A stretch of DNA of 64,000 nucleotides from Octopus vulgaris (GCA_951406725.2 OX597819.1:22444001-22508000), one strand, 5' to 3'; counted from the first letter of the stretch, positions 39,701-53,494 are shown. Notes: generated by a model from the sequence alone, not told the origin. Numbers and translations are program-made.

Positions 39701-39839
39701 ACAAACTTAATTGATTTACTGCCAATTCACCATTTACCCACGTGCATATTTTCCTGGTACAAGTACTGAACTTCTTTTCCAGCCATTCTTCTCCGTTATA
39801 GCGGCAAACATCGTTGGTCAGACATACATGTCCATAACA
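39701..39839 (-). CDS. Gene B coding exon 2: CYGHVCLTNDVCRYNGEEWLEKKFSTCTRKICTWVNGELAVNQLSL
   Basis: Acceptor TATTTTTATTTCAAG| (phase 0), donor T|GTAAGT (phase 1), 139 nt; within ORF 39600-39857; paralogous to 1-48. Confidence 0.88.
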
Positions 39840-40179
39840 CTTGAAATAAAAATACATATATTATGATAATATCTACTAAGTAATATAAGATATTTTACAA
39901 TACAGTAATATAAGTAATATAAGATATTTTACAATACAGATTTTTTATAAACTAGGAGAGGTAAAGATGGTTTTAGTGATATCCAACAGAGATCATATAT
40001 TTTGGTTCCTTCCAAATCATATATGAAATTCAGTCGGATCTTTTACCTCTTTCCTGGATCTTGTTTTGGATAAGACAAGTACATGAGAGGAATATATTGA
40101 TACCAATTTAATGAACAGATACGTTCCTCTACAAAGATTTCTCCTATGCACAGGCGTGGTTTGGAAAGACCAAAAGCCT

Positions 40180-41125
40180 TCGGTGTCAAGTGTAACATTG
40201 CATAAAATATAGGAAACTCCGGTACTCAGGTTTCGGTGTAGACTTTATTTGCTGGCTACAATTTATGAACGCTAAAAAAATAAAGCTATAATAATAACGG
40301 TTTCTACTGTCCCGAAAAAAGATCGTTTGAGGAACACTAGAAATCGGGAGAGGCATCTGCCAAGAGAAATGCCTCTTAACACTGATCTTTTTATTGTGCT
40401 TGGTACCAGTAACACTGAGGAAAGCAATGGCTGGGTATGTATTCAAAAGCCGCCAACCAAACGTCAAACACTTGTTTTTCATGGATGACCTCAAACTTTA
40501 TGGTAAAGATGAATCCCAAATCAGTTCCCTCGTTGATAAGGTGCATACTTTCAGTGCTGATATCACAATGGATTTCGGACTGAAAAAGTGTGGTGTGTTA
40601 ATCTTGAAGAGAGGCAAAATCAAATGTACGGACGGACTAGCGATAACAATGGCACATGTTATGAAACAGATAAAAGAGACGGGGCTATAAGTAATTGGGG
40701 ATATTGGAAATGGATAAATTAATAGAGAAAGAAATGGCAGAAAGGCTAAGGTTGAGTTCTTACGCAGACTGAGACTGATACTTAGGTCAAAATTAAGCAG
40801 ACGGAATAAGATCGAAGCTATCATCGCCTAAACGGTTTCACTCCTTACATATGGAGCAGCGGTAATCACACGGACAGTAGATGAACTAAACAGCTTAGAT
40901 AGAAAGACGAGAAAATTGCTGACTAGATACGTGATACTCTATCCAAAACCTGACACAGACTGTATCTACCAAGAAACAGAGGAGGAAGAGGACAGATCGG
41001 ATGCAGACACAGCTTTAGAACAGAAGAAAACATGGTATCTAACAAAATGCCACATAACCACTATTATTTGAAGTAAGAAAGTTAGGCTTCTGCAGAAAGG
41101 AAGATTGCGAAGATAAAGCACTGTA
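40180..41125 (+). mobile_element. R4/Dong-clade non-LTR retrotransposon RT fragment
   Basis: HLFFMDDLKLYGKDE, FSADITMDFGLKKCG, LDRKTRKLL, GGRG motifs; many frameshifts. Confidence 0.85.
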
Positions 41126-43900
41126 CGTTATTTCAAGATATTTGGCCAGTCCAATTGTGGTTGTTTTGTATGCTAGTTCAAATTGGATCAGGCCTCGACC
41201 TCCTTGGGCTCTGGGTAGGTAAAGGTGATCTACGTCTGCCTTTGGGTGGTGCATCCTATTACAACTTAGCAGCTTGCGTATTTTCCTATCTATATTCTCT
41301 CCTTAACTCATATTCCAGTTCAACACATTGTAGCTATAAGTAACAACTGAAACTGCTAAGGAATTTATAGCTAACACCTTGTTACGTGCATTTAGTTCAG
41401 ATTTCAGGAATGCACGAAATCTCCTATAACATTCCTTCCTGATCTTCTCTTTCATGCTTGCATGCTGAATAGCAGAGCCTTCATTTATCCCTAAATATTT
41501 GTATGTTTGTTCTTGCTCAAGCTCACTTATGACTGTGTCAACATCTAACACGACTGAATTTATGGTCTTCACTTTCCCTTTCTGGAAAGTGGCCTTGGCA
41601 CACTCCTCAAGTCCAAACTCCATCCCGATGTCATCGCTGAATGCTTTCACAGTGCGCAATAGGCCTTCAAGTTCATTATTGTCTTTACCATAGAGTTTTA
41701 AGTCATCCTTATAAAATAGATGGCTTTTTTTTTATTGGCAATTTTATACCCATACCCTGTTCTGTTTAATTCACTTGTAAGGGGTATTAGGGCTATGCAG
41801 AATATTAAAGGTGAAAGTGTGTCACCTTGAAAAATTCCACAGTTGATGTTTATATTCTCTGAGGCAAGTACTCCATTAGAGTGGTATAATTGGAGATTTG
41901 TATTCCACAACGACATATTGTGCTTCACGAAGCTTGAATCACAGGGAAAATTTTGAAGATGTCCAGCGATCTCAAGATCCATGGATGCGGTATACTGTCG
42001 AAGGCCTTTTTATAGTCAATCCATGCGGAGCTGAGATTTCTGCGCTTGTTGTGACAGTTCTCAAGGATCATACGATTAATTAGCAATTGATCTTTGCATC
42101 CGTATGAGCCTCGGCGGCACCCTTTTTGTTCGATGGGGAAAATATCGTTCTTCTCCATGAATGCATATGTTTCTCCACCAGGATAGACGTTAGGATTTTA
42201 TACGTGGTGGATAGACAGGTTATAGGCCGATAGTATTTTGGAAGGTTGGTTTCGTTATTCTTTGGGAGTAGGTAAGTAATACCACTTGCTAACCATTCAG
42301 ATGGTTATTTTGGGGTCTCTCATAATTCCATTGAGCAGCTGAACTAGCTTACCGTGTGCGCATGGGAGCGATGCGAGCCAGAAATTCGGCACCCTATCTT
42401 TACCTGGGGATTTCCAATTATGGGCCTTTGTGAGTGCCTTCTTAGGTCTGCTATTGTAATGTCTTCCCATGCTTGTTGTAAATTTTGGTAGGGTCCTTCT
42501 GTTTGTATAATCCAGTCTGCATTTATGTTGTACGTCTTCTTGTCACTCCAAATCCTTTTCCAAAAGTTTTTAAGTTCTTCCATTGGAGGGGGGGGGCCTT
42601 TAACGGTTACCTTCTCCTTCCCTGTTTCTCTCTAGAGTTTTTTGGCATTGGATGTGAACAGCTTATTTTGCTTGTAAAACTTGTTTCTCTTCTCAAATCT
42701 TCGTATTCTTTGGGCTTTTGCGTGGACTTTTTGTTTAAGCGTTTCTTTTATTGATATCAGTTCTTCTCTTGGTGAGGATCCAAATTTTCTCTTCATCTTT
42801 CTTCCTGTTCTGGATCTTACATCATTTCCACATATTAGTTCATTTAATATTGATATTTCCCCTCTCATAAATTCAATCTCTTTTTCAATTTTACTTCTCC
42901 AGGTTTGATTTCTTCCCAGGTTTGGTTTTCTTTGTGTTTTCGGGGGCATACAGCTGGTTTCAATTGCCCTAGCAGAAGCGTAAATAAGTTCATTTAACTC
43001 AGTAAAATCAGGTTTTAATTTTTGTATTATTTCATTTGTTACATATTTGCCAATTTTGATTTGTTTTTTATTTTGGTTTGTATTTGAGAGTTTATGAAGT
43101 GGTTCTCTATCATTCATACTTGTATGTCTTACAACTTCAAGCGTATTCAGGATTTTCTGCCTCATTTCTTCCATAGACTCTCTGTGTTCTTCAGCAAATG
43201 CGAGATCTTCGGTTACTGTTGTTTTATCATTTTCCTGGCTATCTTTAACAGGTTCAATAGAATTTCTTGTATCTTCAGGCCTTTGCGTACTTTGGTCAGA
43301 TGGCAGTCTTTCAATTAAGCCTCGTGGCGGGCTATACTGTTCATCTGATTCTTCATTTCCTTTGTGTCTTATATTTATGTCATTTTCCGTTGCGTGATTG
43401 ATCGCACTTATTTCACTGTCTGTGAGTCTGTTATTTCTAAGGATATCCCTCCTCACATTTGCCAATTTGTTCTCGTCCAAATAGGGCCTACTGTCTAGAT
43501 TCCGTGTTCTCCATATATTGTAAGAGTTTGTGGTATGTCTCCCTTGAGATGGCCTACCTAATGCATAGTAATAAGCGAATATTACTTCTTTATACTCTTC
43601 TCGGGTCCATTTGTTCCGCTTACATTCTTCTTTCTGTGGTGGTTGTGGTGGTGAACTTGGAGGGCTCGAGTTGGGGAATTTCCCGTTCAAGTGACCATCC
43701 ATGTCCGTATTCGGAGAAGAGTTTGTGCCAGTTGATGAATTTTCGATCCCAGGCTGGCTCTTCCCTGGGGGACGCGCTTCCAGGTTAACCATAGGACAAG
43801 CGATTTGGTATACTGATTTAGTTTTCCTTTTAGTTTCCAAAAACATTTTGGTGCTACGATAATGTTATCATTTTTGAGCTTTGAGTGGCTCGTGGGGAGA
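41126..43900 (-). mobile_element. R4/Dong-clade non-LTR retrotransposon, 3'-truncated
   Basis: N-terminal KRNKWTREEYKEVIFAYY...ENKLANVRRDILRNNRLTDSEI; RT EQKGCRRGSYGCKDQLLIN, AWIDYKKAFDSIPH, GIFQGDTLSPL, IGMEFGLEECA, HHPKADVDHLYLPRAQGGRGL. Confidence 0.92.
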
Positions 43901-44040
43901 CGGCCATCATTGCCGTTACAATTATAATCGTACCATTATAGCAGCCGTAGTCGGCTTATTATTGTTATTATCATCACCATTATTATCACTATTATTATTA
44001 TCACCACTATTAATATCATTATTATCATCATCACCATCAC

Positions 44041-44084
<44 letters not shown>

Positions 44085-44298
44085 ATGATATTGTTTTATG
44101 TGTAGTCACAGCAATATCTTATTGTTATTTTTGTTTTTATCATTATTACCATCACAGTACGTTGGCAGCGGGTTGAGTTGTGTGTCTGTCTATCTCGTTG
44201 GCTAGCTGGCTGTCTTCAACGCCAGAATTCTTGCCTGTCAGATAATACTTTCATTTTGGTTAACATCTAAAGAGCCGAGGTGAGGTTTGTGTTGGCTG

Positions 44299-44346
<48 letters not shown>

Positions 44347-44722
44347 GTGTGTGTGTGTGCGTGTGTGCGTGTGTGTGTGTAGGTGTGTGTAGATAGGTAG
44401 ATAGATTATCAGCACTATTACTATCATTATTATCATCATCAACATCATCACCATCACCATGAGCACCATCATCATCAGTGATATTGATTTATGTGTACTC
44501 ATAGCAGTATCTTATTATTGTTATTTTTTTTTATTATCACTATCGCCACCACTACTACCATTGTTTGGGGTAGTGATTGGTGATGAGGTCATGCTCTATG
44601 GGTCTATAGATAGATTCAGCGGATGGTGGAGAGACAGCCCAAGAGACAAAGGACATTAATGGTCAGGAGAGGTCAAACTTTTCTTTTTTTTCTTCTTTTT
44701 TTTTCTTCTTCTTCTTCTTCTT

Positions 44723-44841
<119 letters not shown>

Positions 44842-44849
44842 TGTTATTC

Positions 44850-45880
44850 ATTGTCTTTCCACAGCTTCTAATGCTTGATATATACTACGGTACCAGCTGT
44901 ACACTACCAGTGAACTAAGGTGACATCCTTATTTTTTTTAGCACCATCTAGAGTATTCAAGTAGTTGCAAGCAGTGTTATTTTCTGTAAGTACACCACCC
45001 CTATTGCAGCCTTTATTTCTGCCATGTACTTCTCAAGATTTTTACTCACTGTTCCCAGGGCTCCGACAATTATTGGTACTACTACCATCTTTTTCAGCCA
45101 TCACAACTGCTTAGCCTCCCAACCTGTCATATCTCTCAACTTTTCTCTCTTCCTTATCACATACCTTGTTGTCAGCTGGGTATGATGTGTCTATGATAGA
45201 GCATCGTTTGCTTTCATTCTCAATAAACACTATGTCTGGTTCCCTATTCTCTATCTCATGGTCGCACTGAATCATAAAATCCCATAGCATCTTAGCATTA
45301 TCATTTTCAATTATGACAGCGATTTTATTTATGTACCACTTTTTTACTCGGTGAAGTTCATACTTGTTGCAAAGTGCCCAATGGGCAATCCTTGTTATAT
45401 TGTCATGACTTCTCTGATATTCCTTCTGGGCTAGTGGCGTACATTGATTGGTAATATGCCGTATGGTTTCGCCATTTTGTCCACAAATCCTATCCTGCAC
45501 TTATCACTTCTCGATATGTTGGTTATTCTGTATTTGATGTAATTGTTTTTCAATGCTTGATCTTGGGCAGCACAGACTAAAGCTTCCGTTTCCGGTTTTC
45601 AATCACTTGTAGTCAACCATAGCCATCTTTTTCTCTCTGTCTGTCTTATCTTCAACATCCCTATGAAATTGTCTATGCATTATTTTCTTTATGCACCTAT
45701 TTTCAGTTTCATTCATTCTCAAGTACTTCTAATCATACAAAAATACGTTACGAAATGTCTTTTCTAGGTGTTGCTATTAAGTTAGCTATGGCCTGGGCCA
45801 ATGTGGCCGAAACATATCTAAGTATCTAAGTGTTTTTGCAATCTTCCATCCTACAGAAGCCTGACATTTTTACTTCCAAT
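44850..45880 (-). mobile_element. R4/Dong-clade 3' fragment (CCHC knuckle + restriction-like endonuclease) between (TAA)n tracts
   Basis: RICGQNGETIRHITNQC, LWDFMIQCDHEIENREPDIV...IIDTSYP...KVERY; interrupted by a CR1-tail insertion at ~45730-45830; (AAT)n on both sides. Confidence 0.88.
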
Positions 45881-45938
45881 CATTATTATCATTATCATTA
45901 TTAGTATTATTATTATTTTATTATTATTATTATTATTA

Positions 45939-46008
<70 letters not shown>

Positions 46009-46583
46009 CATTATTATCATCATTCCTAAGGTGTCCCCCTCTCTCTCTCCCCCTCCCTCCCCATCTCACCCCCTCTCTCTTCTTCTCTCACCTCTCTCTC
46101 TCTCTCTCTGCCTCTCTCTCTCTGCCTCTCTCTCTCTGCCTCTCTCTCTCTCTCTCTACCTCTCCCTCTCTGCAAGGCACTAGTATTAGCTGCTACTAGA
46201 ACCATGCTGGATGCCTATTTACACCAAGAGAATCTTAGTCAAACCACCGTAAGCTATAATACTAACGCAATACAATGATATATTTAAAAAAAAGATACGA
46301 CGTGTCTCTACAACTTTTAATTTATTTCTCGATAGAATCTTTTCCTGTTTTGGCAGTAAGGTGCGCTACTCTCTCGATGGTGATGCGCCCGCCCTACCCA
46401 CACCCTCTACCATCTTCCCATATGTTCAATATCTATTCCGCTTCAGTGTTTACAACCAACCCTAAGCTGTCCTCCAATCCCACCTGTCGGTTTGAATGGA
46501 TCATACTAAACTTGTTATGTTAAAAGTCTTCCTCGCCTCCCTACTTAATCTTCCCTTCCTTTTTCATTTATTTTCTCTCTCTC

Positions 46584-46627
<44 letters not shown>

Positions 46628-46679
46628 ATTTCTTTTTATTTTTGTGAATGTCGAGGGAAATTGAGGGAATTTGTGAGGG

Positions 46680-47270
46680 AAATTGAGCGCTCAGCGCTTA
46701 TAAAATGCCCCAATGGCCTGCACAAGACCTGACACTCATGACCGACTGCATCGCCAAACCAACATGAGAAGAGAGGAAAAGGCGCGTATCGCGGCGCCGT
46801 CAAATAACCAGTGCTCCGAGTAGGCTGTACTCGTTAACCTTGTATGGCAAGAAGCCTAGGAGAAGGACCACTCTGAGTTCAAATCGAGGGAAGCAGAGCC
46901 CCTGCCATCTTGGAAAATTACCTTCATAGAAATGGTGTCTTTATAAAAGTACCGTTGTTAATAACCTAAAAGTATACCTCGGTTTTGAGTGAAAATAGGA
47001 AGCAAAATAGATACCGATAACGGCATAAACGAGATTGGAATCAGCATCCGGTACGTGCTCCATTGTGATCTAGACACTACTAACCATGCTACAAGATACA
47101 AAGGGAGTAAACAAGACAACATGATGGTTTTGAAGTGTTACTACCGAAGCACGCCAGTGGATGCAAATGGCATGCTTGTCAGAGGGTACAGAAAACGAAT
47201 GCACAGTGAATGGAAGGCAAATGGTTCTGTTTGAAATTACTGATCAAAGATTTATGTGACCAAGCTCACT
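46680..47270 (+). mobile_element. R4/Dong-like 5' fragment
   Basis: RYKGSKQDNMMVLKCYYRS...RGYRKRMHSEW...EITDQRL resembles the R4 N-terminal domain. Confidence 0.6.
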
Positions 47271-47311
47271 GGACGGGAGTATATTATTAGTTACGGGCGT
47301 ATTTAAAATGT

Positions 47312-47694
47312 GGGAATGGAAGCACTCCGTCGGTTACGACGATGAGGGTTCCGGTTGATCCGAATCAACGGAACAGCCTGCTCGTGAAATTAACGTGTAA
47401 GTGGCTGAGCACTCCACAGACACGTGCACCCTTAACGTAGTTCTCGGGGATATTCAGCGTGACAGAGAGAGTGACAAGACCGGCCCTTTGAAATACAGGT
47501 ACAACAGAAACAGGAAGTAAGAGTGAGAGAAAGTTGTGGTGAAAGAGTACAGCAGGGATCACCACCATCCCCTGCCGGAGCCTCGTGGAGCTTTAGGTGT
47601 TTTCGCTCAATAAACACTCACAACGCCCGGTCTGGGAATCGAAACCGCGATCTTATGACCGCGAGTCCTAACCACTGGGCCATTGCGCCTCCAC
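47312..47694 (-). mobile_element. Full-length tRNA-derived SINE (second family) with 11-bp target-site duplication
   Basis: Reverse complement head GTGGAGGCGCAATGGCCCAGTGGTTAG...GGTTTCGATTCCC; TSD ATTTAAAATGT at 47301-47311 and 47695-47705. Confidence 0.9.
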
Positions 47695-48004
47695 ATTTAA
47701 AATGTACGGCAACATTGGTTATTATTGAAGTAAATGAAACTATCGTAAATAAACAATATACTAACAATAATTTGACAACTTCGATATCATTGGATATTTT
47801 ACACACAGACGCAAATATATATGTAGGCATGTGTGTATATGTTTATCCCTTGTATTTAATCATTTAAACTCTTCTCCTGGTATGTATGCATGTAACAGAG
47901 ATTTATTATATATATATGAATGTACGTATGTACACATATACACATGCAAGTATATAGATTTATATATATATATGTTTCTTTATTAGCCACACAGGGCTGA
48001 ACAC

Positions 48005-48295
48005 ATAAACTTAGATAAACTTAGATGTGTTTAGACCAATGATTGGTCCAGGCCATGTCTAACTTAATAGCACCACCTGATAGCATTATTTGAATCCTGT
48101 TTAAGTCAAGTTTTGTTTATTGTTGGGTGAGTTGAATCCAATTATGGGTGGCTTATCTGGTATTCTTTGAAGGAATCTATCCAGACTCCGATTAAAGTTG
48201 ATGGGATCCTGTTCCTCTTTGATGTCTTTCGGGACAATGTTAAATAGGGCAGGGCCTGTTGAGGAAAAGAAATTATGTTGTAGTGTACATGTATG
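48005..48295 (-). mobile_element. CR1-like LINE 3' end
   Basis: NFFSSTGPALFNIVPKDIKEEQDPINFNRSLDRFL; 3' tail matches 56925-57010 (tail-only copies at ~34670-34732 and ~45765-45830). Confidence 0.85.
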
Positions 48296-48651
48296 CTGTG
48301 GGGGACAAATTACAATGTTGGGGCTTTTCTTTTTGTGACAAAAAGAGAAAAGAAAACGACAAATAAAAAATAAAATGGGGGTAAGTTTTCGATCAAAAGG
48401 GATCATTAAAAAAGAAAAAAATCGAATATATATATATTTCTGTGTGCGTATGTTTGTGAGTGTGTGTGTGCGTGTGTGTGTGTGTGTATTAATATATACA
48501 TACACCTGTGCATACTACTCGTTCAATGAAAATCAAGTATCGGCAATTGTAACACAATCAAAACGTGAAAACTTTGAGTCAAAATTGTAAAATTGTAAAA
48601 TTGGTGCCCAGGCATTTCGAAATGTATTTTCATATATGACTGGCAACTTAC

Positions 48652-48723
48652 GGTTCTGTTTCCTAACGTAGTACCTGTTAATGCTATTAAAGTCAACAAG
48701 CAAAGAAGCTGAAGTTGTGTCAT
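48652..48723 (-). CDS. Gene B coding exon 1: signal peptide MTQLQLLCLLTLIALTGTTLG-NRT
   Basis: Acceptor TTTTGTACTTCCAG| at 48729, ATG 6 nt later, 24 codons, phase-0 donor ACC|GTAAGT matching the phase-0 acceptor of exon 2; hydrophobic core and small-residue cleavage site. Confidence 0.82.
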
Positions 48724-48881
48724 ATTGATCTGGAAGTACAAAAGTAATTTGAGGTGATCGAACTGATGTTTTTATATTTCAAGAAAAAAGAGGAACAACA
48801 CATAGAGATACGTGAGTGTATGCATTCTATACGCATATATTCGTGAGGCTGTGTGTATGTCGGTGTGTGTGCGCGTGCGTG

Positions 48882-48921
<40 letters not shown>

Positions 48922-48972
48922 AGTACTTTTACATATAAGTATATATATATGTATATGTATATATGTGTATAA

Positions 48973-49067
<95 letters not shown>

Positions 49068-49149
49068 AGTATATATATATATATCAGTAGCCTGTGCAGA
49101 ATCAGGTATATATATATATATGTAATTCATGAAAACAAACTTCCAATAA

Positions 49150-49535
49150 GTCAGGTGTAACCCTACAGCGTTATATGCATCTACATATCGTACTTTGGGG
49201 TCTTATCGTATATTTATATATTTATCTATAAATATACAAAGTATCTGATAAAAGTCAATATTCAATTTTGGGGGATTAATCGATACGCGGGTATTCTATT
49301 CCAGATAATGCAAAAATAACCTCATGAGTATATCTTACTGTAATCTCATGGTATCAGTTTGCACTTCACGAAATAATACTAAAAGGATATAACCAAAATG
49401 TCATGCTAGGTATATAATGTAGTTCATTAATTATATCATACTTTAGTTAATACTTATATTTATTAAATATGAAGGAACTACAAGTGTTTCAGTATTGGAA
49501 GATTACAATATATATACATATACATGATTGTATAC

Positions 49536-49578
<43 letters not shown>

Positions 49579-50500
49579 TAAATACATATATGCAATCGTC
49601 AGATGTACAATTATTCGAACACATCTTCAGGTTACATTTCAATATATTATATATCTAATTTTACATCCCTTTAAAAATAAGCAATACAATTAAATATAAA
49701 AGATTAAAAATTATGAATAAAAAATTAAGAATAAAAATTATACATTCTAAAATTAAGAATTAGAATTATACATTATAAATATGAATATCAATCAAAATAT
49801 ATATCAATCAAAATATATATCAATCATGTAAAATCAAATATACATCAAATACAGAATGTGAGATATAAGGTTAAACATCAGAATAAAGATGTCTGTGCTT
49901 AAATTGTGATATAGAACAAGAAAAATTCAAATACATGTCTTCCTTATTTTGCTGGTACTAAAATGGAGATTGGAGGAAGAAGATAGCAGGGAACTATAGA
50001 TGTTTATGCGTGATTTGTACCAAGAGGTGTAATTACACTATAAATAGTTTTAATTTTAAATTATCCTTTATTATTTTTTTTAATTTACCTATATTGGGAG
50101 GTATATCTAATTTGTTATTATATATTTTTAGTAATATTTATTTTATTTTTATTTGTATTATTGCATTATTTATTTATTATTTTTATTCTTTTATATAATC
50201 TATTCGAGTGCTTTAGAAATAAAATTAAGTGGTTATTTGATTTAGGGATATGGAAATCAGTACTTCATTTTACTTCACATAAAATTACTTCGGCGCCTAT
50301 ATTTTACTCCTCGTTCATCATGTGTGTGTACTCTCTTTTTTTAGATTTTAATTCCCATATATAGTTACTTAGTCCTGTAGACTTACTTAAATTGGGACTT
50401 TTAAAGGTCTGGTAGTGTTGGGATATTCTTTTTAAATTTTTTAAAACATTTCATTAGCTGTTGATCCAATATACGCCTTGCAATCGCAACAGTTGTTTCT
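49150..50500 (-). mobile_element. Decayed PLE GIY-YIG fragment and AT-rich 3' region
   Basis: Reverse complement of ~50340-50495 gives CCDCKAYIGSTANEM..KRISQHYQTFKSPNLSKSTGLSNYIWELKS, homologous to ORF 32679-33056; left boundary approximate. Confidence 0.7.
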
Positions 50501-51901
50501 ACGCTACGTAGTTCAACAGACTTGCAGGTTAGGCAAATGTTTTCTTGCGTTATGGGATCTAGTTGTGTTTCCTCGGGCGATATGTAAATATTGTCTTCGT
50601 AAATTCAAATCGTCAGCTTCAAGAGCATCCTGTCCGTCGTGCCCTGGAGTTGGTAGTAGCCACTAAGTGTAAGAAGAGCTGTGTTGCGGCCGAACGTCCA
50701 TTGGCACACTACTTTCAATATGTGGATGTAGTGAGATGATGATTTTGCTACTATTAAAGTCATTGTCGTTTTAAAACAATGGCATCTGATTTCTGTGTAA
50801 TATTTATTTGTTTTGCATGGGTGGTTAAACTTGCTGACAGTTTAGAACATGCACATACATATACACAGTAAGCACATAAACGCGAAATATAGTGGGAAAA
50901 ATAGTACTCGAAAAACAAAGGTAGAGTAATATGTTTTATTAAAAAGCATCAAAAATGACAAAAACTGTTACTCAGTTTTACCTTTCCGTTCGTCGACACT
51001 TTTGTTTAGAATGGAACAAAAATAGGTTTATGTGCATAAATATACAATTAGTTTGATAGATACACATTTGAAAATGATTTTGTTTCATTAGGCCTTTCAA
51101 CTAAAGGTCATTTCATTAACCGATTGCATGGAATAAAAAATTGCTGTTTAAAATCCTATTATTATAAAAATCGAATAAAACCTGAAATCAAAAATAGCTT
51201 ATAAAAAGGATATTACTGAAATAATAAATTAGAAAACATATCCATTTAAAAACATTTTCACGCTAGAATACATATACATTTTGCAGTATATACACGTACC
51301 AAACAATGTATGATAGTAGCATTTTCATTACCATATTTTATATTTATTGCGATGAAAGTAATATTGCTTTCTTAATGCATTTCCATTTGTTGTCATTTAT
51401 ATGTTATTCTGAGGACTCAATTATTCGACGCAGTGCATCTGAATTTCACTATCATATTTAATTATTATAAATAATAATATTGCTACTCGATTTAATTTCA
51501 TTATTAAGACTATTTTCCTAACATAATCCCCATTATTGATATTCATACTACAACTATTATTGCGGTGATTACTATTACTAAACTTATCCCACACAGTAAG
51601 TATACTGGTTTCAAATACTTGCACAAGGTCAGCCATTTCGGGACTGTGGGTCAGTCGATTACATCGACCCACGTGCTCCACTGGTACTTACTTTAATGAT
51701 CCCAAAATAGTGACTGGCAAAGTCAACAATTTACTATTCATTTTACCATTTACTTACGATCACACAGTGATTTATTCCTACCGTCAATACCGCAAGCATA
51801 CATTTTAATATCATGAGTTTTATTAATACGCACGCTATTAACAATTTAGGCATAACCTGCTCCATGTTCCGAGTGCCTACCGTATCCAGGAAGATTTATG
51901 A

Positions 51902-51961
<60 letters not shown>

Positions 51962-52212
51962 ATTAGATCGTTTTTTAAATAACGATCATATCGATTGGCT
52001 AGCATGGGAATAAAAATCTCAGAGATAATAATTATTATTAAAATTATAATTAAAGGCATCTAAATGATACCGTCATGCCAGAGATAGTAATCATAACTTG
52101 ACTCTAAAACCATATCAAATATTCATACAGTACCAGGAGAGTCAGGTTTTCACTACTATCTCTAGTGTGATCGTACCTCTTAGATACCCTTCATTATATT
52201 ATTATATATATA

Positions 52213-52287
<75 letters not shown>

Positions 52288-52334
52288 GAGAGATACATAT
52301 ATATATATATATATATATATACAGAGCGAGATAA

Positions 52335-52460
<126 letters not shown>

Positions 52461-52754
52461 AGGAGCGAGAGAAAGAGATACAAATGCACACAGACCTATA
52501 TTCATGCACAGAAACAGAAAATACAATTAGTTTAGATTTAGACCTCATATTTTGTTCTTTACCAATAAAATCAAATCAAAACTCTGCCAGGTAAATTTAT
52601 AGTAGGCTCTTTCCGATTTTATGTACTGTAAGAAAACATTGACGAACAAATTCAATTTTTTAAATCATATCTGAGTTATATTGCAAAACAGTCGTTTAAA
52701 TATTTCATACAAATTCCATTTAAAAAATCAGATACTTTTCTGAAGTTCACTTAC

Positions 52755-52795
52755 GTGCGCCAAAAGGACAAGGCTGTGAAGAATTTTAAAAGAAT
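52755..52795 (-). other. Putative non-coding first exon (5' UTR) of gene B
   Basis: Starts at Inr TCA(+1)TTC (52795) and ends at consensus donor CAC|GTAAGT (52754-52749); the signal-peptide exon has an acceptor and so needs an upstream exon. Confidence 0.62.
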
Positions 52796-52824
52796 GATGA
52801 AGGCGAAAGCGATGAGTATTTATA
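52792..52824 (-). promoter_or_regulatory. Core promoter of gene B: TATAAATA box plus initiator
   Basis: TATAAATA at 52824-52817, first T 29 nt upstream of the A in TCATTC. Confidence 0.62.
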
Positions 52825-53076
52825 ACTGAATGTAACACCTCCAATACGAATAAACAGCGAGTGACAATATATCTCAGTCCCAAACCTGAATCGGATATTA
52901 ATGACAGTTTACAAAATACTTGCTGAGAACTAAAGATATTTTATGGTTCGTAGACAAGTGCAAACATCGGTTTCTTCTGCACCTGAAGTTAAGAAACGGA
53001 ATAAATAACGTTTATCCCAATTGAAACAGCTCAATAGATAATATCCAAGAGAGTTCGATTGATATATATGTATATA

Positions 53077-53450
53077 CTCTACCGTCAGAAATTAATTAGC
53101 ACCCTTGATTTGCTCTTCACTCAAGGTATGTGCTGTCACCTAGTGGCCATATCTCGAACTATTGCTTTGTTGCGAGTTCACTGTTGCGCAGAACGATGAC
53201 GTAACTTTGTTTGCAGAGCAGTTTGAGAGTCTACAGCCTTATGATGTTGACATAGCAGTGCAACAACTTGGAGTGCGGATGCAGACAAATCTTCCTTTGT
53301 TTAATAGATATAGGTAGCGCCTCGCAAGGACCGAAATCACACCATACTAAGTTTTCTCATCGCGTAAGACGTTTTGAACAGCTCATAGGTTAATTGATTT
53401 AACCTATTTAATGTAGAAATTTGAGAAGTGCTAATTAATTTCTGACGCAA

Positions 53451-53453
<3 letters not shown>
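53077..53453. mobile_element. Tc1-type non-autonomous element (MITE)
   Basis: Inverted ends sharing CGTCAGAAATTAATTAGCAC, flanked by TA. Confidence 0.8.

Positions 53454-53494
<41 letters not shown>

Noticed and set aside
48670-48676. Alternative donor ACAG|GTACTA in the signal-peptide exon
   Set aside because: Phase 1 is incompatible with the phase-0 acceptor at 39839; ACC|GTAAGT is a better consensus and in frame.
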